Shown here in pieces: positions 1 through 6,113 of a DNA stretch of 32,000 bases. The stretch comes from Pyrodictium occultum (GTDB lineage: Archaea > Thermoproteota > Thermoprotei_A > Sulfolobales > Pyrodictiaceae). The notes under the pieces are model-generated. The model was not told where the DNA came from and ran no database searches. It saw only the letters and a list, made by a program, of their open reading frames with translations. How positions within the stretch are numbered: position 1 is the first letter of the stretch; every line of letters starts with the position of its first letter. The stretch is from assembly GCF_001462395.1 (NCBI RefSeq), contig NZ_LNTB01000001.1, positions 630,001-662,000 on the forward strand. The letters run 5' to 3'. Both the position numbers and the translations under genes were made by a program.

Positions 1-735
1 CAGGAGCCTGGATAGCTGCTCGGCCCCCGGCCCCGAGCCCAGCACCACGGCCGCCTCGGCCCCCACGGCCTCGGCTACAGCGGCCTTCTGGAACGCGCCC
101 CTGCCCTGGATGAACCCGTCGGTGTCGGCGACGAGGCCGCCGCTGCACGCCCTGGCGGCCCGCGCGGCGGCGGAGACCAGGAGAGGCCCCGCCTTCTCGG
201 CGGAGACGTGGCCCACGAAGAAGGCCCCCGCGGGCTCCAGGTCCTGCAGCACCAGCGCCCGCCCGCTCCAAGGCGCGTACGCCACCATGCCGGGGAGCCC
301 CAGCTCGTTCTGCCCCACATCAGCCTCCACGACGCACAGCTCCAGCCGGTTCCTCAGCCAGGCCGTCAGCGTCGACTTCCCCGAGTCCGGCGGCCCCGCC
401 ACCACGAGGCGCCGGAACCCCCGGGAGGCCAGCTCCTCCACGAGCCTGTTCCAGGCCTCCACAGTCTCGAAGCCCTCTCTCACCAGCCTTGCTGTGGCCC
501 CGGCCCCCGCGTGGACGCAGAGCCTAGAGTCCTCGATAGCGTAGAACGTGAACCCGCGGGTGCCCCTCACCAGCGCCTCCCCGTCAGCCTCCAGCGTGTA
601 GCCGCTGGCGTACACGCTCCCCCTCTCCACAGCAACCCTCGCCGGCCCCGACACCCAGAGCCCAGAGCCCCTCGCGACATCGAAGCAGCCGGGCAACGCC
701 GATGCATGCCCCCAGGCGCAGCAGGGTGCCGGCAC
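1..735 (-). CDS. Clp1/Grc3-family polynucleotide 5'-hydroxyl kinase. The C-terminus runs off the window. Start is uncertain: GTG at 735 or TTG at 696.
   Basis: Missing from the ORF track because it is open at the window edge. The minus strand with codons at 3k+1..3k+3 is stop-free from 747 down to 1. It reads ..LWVSGPARVAVERGSVYASGYTLEADGEALVRGTRGF..RRLVVAGPPDSGKSTLTAWLRNRLELCVVEADVGQNELGLPGMVAY..FFVGHVS..LVADTDGFIQG... The P-loop GPPDSGKST is at 370-396, followed by D-x-GQ and PG motifs in Clp1 order. GC3 is very high in this frame. Plus-strand ORFs 110..544 and 208..792 are antisense shadows. Confidence 0.7.
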   Translation of the reverse strand, partial: MPAPCCAWGHASALPGCFDVARGSGLWVSGPARVAVERGSVYASGYTLEADGEALVRGTRGFTFYAIEDSRLCVHAGAGATARLVREGFETVEAWNRLVEELASRGFRRLVVAGPPDSGKSTLTAWLRNRLELCVVEADVGQNELGLPGMVAYAPWSGRALVLQDLEPAGAFFVGHVSAEKAGPLLVSAAARAARACSGGLVADTDGFIQGRGAFQKAAVAEAVGAEAAVVLGSGPGAEQLSRLL

Positions 736-882
736 CCTCCAGGAGGGCTAGCAGCTATAAGCGGGCCCAGCCCACACTATTCCCAGGCATAGGCCGCTCT
801 CCAGGGAGCCCCACACTAGAGGAGAACGACTCACCCCCGGAGGGCGCCGCGCCTCCTCCAGGAGGGAACCCCCGGGCCGGAG

Positions 883-1104
883 GTGGTGCACTTGATGCTC
901 CAGATAGCCAGGAGGGAGGAGCACCAGGTGGGAAAGTACAGGGTCACCCTGCTCTACGACCAGCAGGACCGCGTGATAGGGGCCCTCGTCGAGGGCCCGA
1001 GGCTCAGCCGCCCCGTCTACATAGCCGTCAACGAGAGGGCGGTGCCGAGGATACCGAAGCAGGTCAAGAAGTTCCTTGCCAAACACGGGTTCCAGCTCAG
1101 CTAG
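883..1104 (+). CDS. Small hypothetical protein (73 aa)
   Basis: Track ORF starting at GTG, preceded by GGAGG. The Lys/Arg-rich C-terminus (PRIPKQVKKFLAKHGF) looks protein-like. I recognise no family. Its stop overlaps the stop of the convergent DHH-like gene by 3 nt (1102-1103, within the shared ctag at 1101-1104). Confidence 0.4.
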   Translation: MVHLMLQIARREEHQVGKYRVTLLYDQQDRVIGALVEGPRLSRPVYIAVNERAVPRIPKQVKKFLAKHGFQLS

Positions 1105-2217
1105 GTCCCCCGGTGTTTCCCGCCCCTCCCCGCGCCGTAGACCAGCTCCTCCAGGATGCCCAGGCTCCTCTCCTCCACCGGGAAGGCTAGCACCTTCTCC
1201 TTCCCGCCGGCCGGCAGCCCCTCCCCCGCAGCAGCTCCAGCAGCCTATCCAGCCGGTGGCTCGCGCTGCGGGGGCGTAGACGAAGCCCCTGCCTCTCCCC
1301 GGCGCCCAGTGGAGGAGGGATCATCACGTCCCCCGGGCTGGCGGCCGTGAGCCTCCTCCCCACGTAGGAGGCCACGTAGGCGCCGGACTCCAGGTAGTAG
1401 GCCTTAACCCCGGGCCTCTCCAGCACCAGCCGCACCCTCTCCAAGGCCTCCCGCAGCGCCCTCCCGGCCTCCCGGGCGGCGCGTGCGCGCCTCTCGCCGC
1501 TCAGCAGATCTCTGGGCTCCTCGGCAGCAGCCAGCACTATTACGGCATGGACTGTGCATTCCTCGTCCAGGATCCTGTAGCAGGAGTCGAGGGCCTCCAC
1601 AGCCTCCCAGGCCTCCTCGAGGCCCTGGCCGCCTAGTAGCCTGGACACCGTCTCCAGGGCCCCCGGCACCCGGTGCAGCATGGGGCCCAGGCCCCCAGGA
1701 CCCCGAGGGCTGCTATCCAGCCGCAGCGGCTCCCACCACATGCCTCCCTGACCCCTGGCAGCGTGTAGGCTAGGAGGCTCGTCGCGGGCCAGCCCGCCTC
1801 CCCGCCCATGCCGAGGGCGACGGGGTTGGCATACACCAGCCTGAGCCTGCCCCGCCGCCTGGGGGCGGCGCGTTGTGGTGGTCGAGCACGGCTAGCGTCC
1901 TGGGCGCGGCCCTCTCCGCGGCCTCCTCGTAGCCAGGGCCGGGGATGCCGTGGTCCAGGACAGCTATGGTGTCGGCGCTGCTCCCCTCTATCCCCCAGGG
2001 GATCCTGGCTGTAGTAGCCTATCCTTAGAGGGTAGAGGCCCTCCACCCTGCCCCCAAGGGCCCTGGGGAGGAGGGGCGGCCGAGGCCACCCCGCCAGCGT
2101 CCCAATGGTATGATATGAAGACGCCCCGGGCCCTGGCCAGCCTGCTCCAGAAGCCCTCTAGCAGCGCCTCGGCGCCCGCCAGTCCAGCACCCCCGGGGCC
2201 GTTACACGCCGCAGCAC
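1101..2217 (-). pseudogene. DHH-family (RecJ/NrnA-like) phosphoesterase, readable only through about 5 frame changes. Either a pseudogene or an indel-ridden sequence.
   Basis: On the minus strand the high-GC3 reading jumps between frames. The pieces in order are: LLEGFWSRLARARGVFISYHWDAGGVASAA; LLPRALGGRVEGLYPLRIGYYSQDPLG; IEGSSADTIAVLDHGIPGPGYEEAAERAAPRTLAVLDHHNAPPPGGG; RLRLVYANPVALGMGGEAGWPATSLLAYTL; WWEPLRLDSS..ILDEECTVHAVIVLAAAEEP..ASHRLDRLLELLRG; EGLPAGGKEKVLAFPVEERSLGILEELVYGAGRGGKHRGT then stop at 1101. DHH motifs II (VLDHG) and III (VLDHH) and the NP..G.G segment appear in canonical order. Track ORFs 1187..1741 and 1633..2046 are two of these pieces. The 5' end is uncertain. Confidence 0.6.
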
Positions 2218-2303
2218 CGCGCTATATTGTGCTGTGTCGCCGCCGGCGCGGAGTATACCAGGCCCCCGGGGCCCGGGGAGAGAGTGCGAGGGGCTAGACG
2301 GCC

Positions 2304-2585
2304 ATGCCACGCGTGCTTGTGAGGTTCTTCGCCTTATACCAGGAGGCTGCTGGCGCCCGCGAGGTGGAGCTGGAGATCCCCGAGGACTACACTATACTAG
2401 AGCTGGCCAGGATGCTCGAAGAGAAGTTCCCAAAGCTACGGGGCCAGCTGGTGGAAGGCGACAGGATATCCGAGGAGGCCAGGGTGCTAGTGAACGGTAG
2501 GAACATAGAGTGGCTCGACAAGGAGAAGACGAGGCTCCGCGACGGGGACATAGTAGCCTTCTTCCCCCCGGTGGCAGGCGGCTAG
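2304..2585 (+). CDS. MoaD/ThiS-family ubiquitin-like sulfur carrier (SAMP-type), C-terminal GG
   Basis: 93 aa ending ..DGDIVAFFPPVAGG then stop. Size and beta-grasp-like pattern (VLVNGRNIE..L.DGD.V.FFPPV.GG) are typical of MoaD/SAMP. Confidence 0.85.
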   Translation: MPRVLVRFFALYQEAAGAREVELEIPEDYTILELARMLEEKFPKLRGQLVEGDRISEEARVLVNGRNIEWLDKEKTRLRDGDIVAFFPPVAGG

Positions 2586-2657
2586 CAGGCCCACGGGGAT
2601 TGGGAGGCCCGGCAGAGTTTTACGGCAAGCCCGCCTCCAGGTGCCCAGGGCCCAGAT

Positions 2658-3423
2658 ATGCGCGTCCTAGTGGTCAGTGATATCCACGCCAACCTCGAGG
2701 CCTTGAGAAGCGTCGTGGAGGGTGTCAAGGGCTGGGACGAGGTAGTAGTCCTAGGGAACCTTGTCGACTACGGCCCCTGGCCCGGCGAGACCATTGACTA
2801 CATCCGCTCCCTCGGGGCAAGAGCTGTGAGGGGCAACCACGACCACGCGGTAGCCTACGGCGTCGACTGCCGCTGCGGCGAGGACACGCACTGGCTCAGC
2901 ACATGGTTCCGCGAGAACATAACCATGAGGCTGCTATCCAGGAACGACAAGGCCTGGCTCGCCCAGCTCCCCGAGCAGCTACGCCTCGACCTGGACGGGC
3001 TCGAGGCCAGGGCGGTCCACGGGGCCCCAGCAGCCCCCTCTACGGCTACCTCTATCCCTGGCTTGGCCGCGAGAAGATATGCGCCATGCTCCGGCGCAGC
3101 GCCAGGCTGGCGGCCAGGCCTCCGGGCAGCTGCCCCAAGGGCCTCTACCTGGTCGGCCACACACATGTACAGTTCAGCATCACCGTGGACGCGGCTAGGA
3201 TAGTCAACCCGGGGAGCGTGGGCCAGCCTAGGGACGGGATAGCCGCGGCGGGCTACGCGCTACTAGACACCGAGACTGGCGAAGTAAGGCTCGGCCGGGT
3301 CCGCTACGATGCCGGCAGGGTGCTAAAGGCGCTGGAGTCCCTGGGGGTGCCGGAGCCCTACATGGGGCCCTCAGGACGCTCCTCCCAGAGGCCAGGGTGC
3401 CGCCTAAACCGTCGAACGTGTAG
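2658..3423 (+). pseudogene. MJ0936/YfcE-type metallophosphoesterase interrupted by two 1-nt frame changes. Either a pseudogene or homopolymer sequencing errors.
   Basis: Frame 1 (track ORF 2658..3203) gives MRVLVVSDIHAN..LGNLVDYGP..VRGNHDH..AVHGAP. The family continuation SSPLYGYLYPW..GLYLVGHTHVQF..IVNPGSVGQPRDG..YALLD is in the frame of track ORF 2903..3475. After ..GVPEPYMG the high-GC3 reading moves again to ALRTLLPEARVPPKPSNV, with a stop at 3421-3423. The shifts fall in ggggcccc (3021-3028) and catggggccc (3361-3370). Confidence 0.75.
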
Positions 3424-3497
3424 CCTGCAGCTGCCCCCAGTAAGCCGTTTCTCCCTACCGCTTCATTTTGTGTGAGAGTGTATCACTTTAGGGAGTT

Positions 3498-3544
3498 CCA
3501 CCTCAGCCATCTGGATTGAGAAATCCAGATGGCTTCACTGGTGG
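3498..3544 (-). ncRNA. 47-nt hairpin with canonical K-turn geometry (candidate L7Ae-binding element or structured sRNA)
   Basis: The minus strand reads 5'-CCACC AGU GA AGCCAUCUGGAUU UCUC AAUCCAGAUGGCU GA GGUGG-3'. That is a 5-bp C-stem, a 3-nt bulge, tandem GA opposite GA, then a perfect 13-bp stem with a tetraloop. The plus-strand reading of the same DNA lacks the GA/GA arrangement. Confidence 0.35.
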
Positions 3545-3642
3545 CGGTCGAGGCTAACGGCACGAGCCTCCCATCCACGGGAAAACCCTCCAGGGCTTAG
3601 AGCAGAGCCCCCATCACCCTGGAGGGCCCTCAAATTACACAC

Positions 3643-4050
3643 CTACACACAACAATACACAATGAAACCTATAAAGTTTTCTGCCCCGATACGGTGGCGG
3701 GTGCAATCCTCCATGCTCACAATCTTGTCTAGACGCACATCCTCATCTCTAACATTGTATACGAGGAACCCCTTCTCACCAAGATCGTTGTAGTGCATGA
3801 ACACTGTTTCAGCATCCATAGCGCCCACGAGCTCGACCGGGTATGTCAAGCTCTTGGGGAGCTCCTGGGCGGAGGCACGGAGGGTGATATAGCTGTGCCT
3901 CCCCTTTATGTTGGAATAGTACTCGCGGTTTACGAGTATCCCGTAACCGTTGTATGCGAGGGCGGCGCTGAGCACTTGGCCTACCGTCTCGATGCCAGAG
4001 CCCTGGGGGCCGCCGGCCAGCACTTTTACATCCCGCAGGGGCATGTACAA
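3643..4050 (-). pseudogene. N-terminal remnant (about 112 of about 600+ aa) of the 2-oxoacid:ferredoxin oxidoreductase alpha subunit (gamma-like domain)
   Basis: The 135-aa ORF has VLAGGPQGSGIETVGQVLSAALAYNGYGILVNREYYSNIKGRHSYITLRAS..DAETVFMHYNDL..VSME. This matches the N-terminus of crenarchaeal OFOR alpha as I remember it (GNREYYSNIKGRHSY, DAETVF). It then diverges (DCTRHRIGAENFIGFIVYCCV) and stops. No continuation is visible in any frame downstream (3430-3642 is hairpin-rich non-coding DNA). Confidence 0.7.
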
Positions 4051-4180
4051 TACACTAGGTAACTGTAGCTCTGGCTCCGGCGAGTCGTCAAGCTGGAGTG
4101 CTACATAACGACTGTTATATTGGTTTGTGTAGTTGAAATGTTCGGAGATCTGGATCGAATCTTGTTTGAAGCCACCCCGC

Positions 4181-4189
4181 TATATAAAA
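4181..4189. promoter_or_regulatory. TATA-box-like element (tatataaaa) in a 260-nt AT-rich spacer
   Basis: The sequence ccgctatataaaaggaggg lies about 125 nt upstream of the GTG at 4312 (+) and about 130 nt upstream of the ATG at 4050 (-). Both distances are long for mostly leaderless crenarchaeal mRNAs. Confidence 0.3.
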
Positions 4190-4311
4190 GGAGGGAGTGG
4201 ATCCCATACATGGCTCTAGCCGCCCTCGGCCTTTTAACCATATGAAGTTATGTGCTGCAATACCATAACTCTCAGCGGGCTGCCGACCCCCCTTAGACGA
4301 GGCGGGATGCT

Positions 4312-4866
4312 GTGAAGCTCTACACCAGGACCGGCGATAGGGGCTACACGTTCTGCTCGCTGCTGGGCAGGAGGGTTAGGAAGAGCCATCCATGTGTAGA
4401 GTTCGTGGGCGCTCTCGACGAGGCCGAGGCCACCCTGGGGCTTGCCGAGAGCCTCCTCCGCTACACGGGGGCCCGGGGGGTGGAGGGGCTAGCCGACACG
4501 CTACGGTGGATGCAGGAGCTGCTCTTCCGCGCCGGCTTCACCCTCGCTGGCAGGGACTGCCTGGAGGGGAGGGACGTGGAGGAGGTCGAGGCGCTGATAG
4601 ACAAGCTGAGCAGCGGCCTGGAGCCCGTCTTCACCCTCAACGGGGGCCACCCCGCCGCCGCTGCAGCCTCACTGGCACGTACCATGATAAGGAGGGCTGA
4701 GCGGGCTCTATGGCGGTGCCTGGAGGAGAGAGGGGAGACGGAGGAGGCGAGGCTGGTTGCAAGACTCCTTAACAGGCTGGGCGACCTAGCCTACGCGGTG
4801 CAGCACGCGATAAACCGAGCGCTCGGCGGGGAGGCGAGACGGGTAGAGTGCAGGGCCGGCCGGTGA
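4312..4866 (+). CDS. PduO-type ATP:cob(I)alamin adenosyltransferase
   Basis: The N-terminal hallmark (M)KLYTRTGDRGYT is followed by VEFVGALDEAEATLGLA. At 184 aa the length is typical. GTG start. Confidence 0.85.
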   Translation: MKLYTRTGDRGYTFCSLLGRRVRKSHPCVEFVGALDEAEATLGLAESLLRYTGARGVEGLADTLRWMQELLFRAGFTLAGRDCLEGRDVEEVEALIDKLSSGLEPVFTLNGGHPAAAAASLARTMIRRAERALWRCLEERGETEEARLVARLLNRLGDLAYAVQHAINRALGGEARRVECRAGR

Positions 4867-4952
4867 AGAGCGATGGGCGGCCGGACCCGGGTCAGGGGAT
4901 GAGGACGCCATTGTAGCGCTGAGGCCCTTCGCCATCTAAGGGGCTGCGGAGC

Positions 4953-5525
4953 TTGAGGATTGGGGCCTACAGGCGCCGGGTCCCGGAGAGAGGCGGGCTG
5001 GACGCCGCCATACTGGTGGGGGCGCCTCCAGCCTCCCGGGAGGCAGCGAGGCTGGGGAAGCTAGGCTACCCGGTCTACAGCCTGCCGGGCCGGGGCGACG
5101 ACCACTACCTGGCTAGGCTCCTCTCAGCCCACAGCGTGAGCGTCGAGGGGCATCTAGCCTACCAGGGCCAGGGAGTCTACATAGCTGGTGTGGGCGGCAG
5201 GGAGCCCCTGGCTAACCTCCAGTCTCTAGACCGGGAGATAAGGGAGGCCAAGCCCGCCAGGCTCATCCTAGCCACGGAGTACCCGCCCCACGGGCTCTTC
5301 GACGCCTCAGGGCTGGGCGTGAGCCGTGGCCTATTCGAGCTGCTAGAAGCAGTGGAGAAGTGGAGACCGGAGGTAGTTGTGATAGGAGGCTGCAGCAGCC
5401 CCGGCGCCGCCAGCATCGGGGGCATACTCTACGTCTGCCTCGGCCGCAGGGGCTGCAGCGCCCTCATAGAGCTGGGGGAGGAGGTGGACGCTCTCGTCGA
5501 GTGCCCCGGCACCGGGAGCTGCTAG
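4953..5525 (+). CDS. Hypothetical protein, possibly a degenerate metallophosphoesterase-fold paralogue
   Basis: 190-aa high-GC3 ORF with a TTG start. Spacing of LDAAILVG, GRGDDHY, VYIAGVGG, YPPHG and VVVIGGCSS resembles calcineurin-like phosphoesterase motifs, but with catalytic residues replaced. No N-terminal D-x-H motif. This is a weak call. Confidence 0.4.
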   Translation: MRIGAYRRRVPERGGLDAAILVGAPPASREAARLGKLGYPVYSLPGRGDDHYLARLLSAHSVSVEGHLAYQGQGVYIAGVGGREPLANLQSLDREIREAKPARLILATEYPPHGLFDASGLGVSRGLFELLEAVEKWRPEVVVIGGCSSPGAASIGGILYVCLGRRGCSALIELGEEVDALVECPGTGSC

Positions 5526-5574
5526 GCCTTTGTAGGGGCAGCTCCCAGGGCAGTGTCTATCCAGGGCCCAGGCC

Positions 5575-6108
5575 ATGGCGGAGCTAGGTGTTGGCGAGCT
5601 CTTCCGGCGCGCGCTCGCTGAGGGCAGCGAGGAGGCGCGGGAGCGGCTGGCGAGAGCCCTACTCGAGGACCTGGAGGGGGGCCTGCAGGAGGTGGCTAAG
5701 AGGGTTGGCGGCGAAGTGGTGCCGGACACTGTTGTCGTGCGCACCGCCCTGGAGGTCGCCGTCGCCGCGATGGCTTATGCTAGGGGCTCGGGTAGGAGGC
5801 TGCGCGTGATAGCGCCAAGCGAGCCCGTCCCGGGCTGGGGGCCTCTGAACACGCTGCTCTCGGCAATGGAGGAGAATGGCCTGGTAGAGGTCTACCGGTT
5901 GCAACTCATAGCGTCTACCAGGCCTACCGCCCGCGATATAGCGAGGAGGGTCGCCAAGATAGCAAGGGGGATATCCGCCAAGGTGGTTGATGTGAGCGAT
6001 GCCCCGCCGTACGTGGTTGCAGGGCTCCATGCAGGGGGTGTTAGGACCCTCACCGTGCTCGTGGACCTAGGGTATATGGCGGTGTTCCAGAAGTTCGGGT
6101 TCTACTAG
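5575..6108 (+). CDS. Hypothetical protein (177 aa)
   Basis: ATG-initiated, high-GC3 ORF. I recognise no family. The antisense ORFs 5343..5744 and 5659..6030 are judged to be shadows. Confidence 0.5.
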   Translation: MAELGVGELFRRALAEGSEEARERLARALLEDLEGGLQEVAKRVGGEVVPDTVVVRTALEVAVAAMAYARGSGRRLRVIAPSEPVPGWGPLNTLLSAMEENGLVEVYRLQLIASTRPTARDIARRVAKIARGISAKVVDVSDAPPYVVAGLHAGGVRTLTVLVDLGYMAVFQKFGFY

Positions 6109-6113
6109 CCGCT

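Noticed and set aside
110-792. Plus-strand ORFs 110..544 and 208..792, plus 702..1190 and other Pro/Arg/Ala-rich ORFs in the first 2.3 kb
   Set aside because: At about 70-78% G+C all six frames stay open. The minus strand here encodes a Clp1-like protein with a clear P-loop, and the plus-strand products are low-complexity P/R/A/G strings.
4151-4161. tggatcgaatc, reminiscent of a tRNA T-loop (GGTTCGAATC)
   Set aside because: No acceptor, D or anticodon arms can be drawn around it on either strand.
5343-6030. Minus-strand ORFs 5343..5744 and 5659..6030, which overlap plus-strand ORFs
   Set aside because: Their GC3 is lower than in the plus-strand frames and their products are Ser/Pro/Arg-rich low complexity. 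The plus-strand ORFs 4953..5525 and 5575..6108 have ordered start/stop spacing and a better coding signature.
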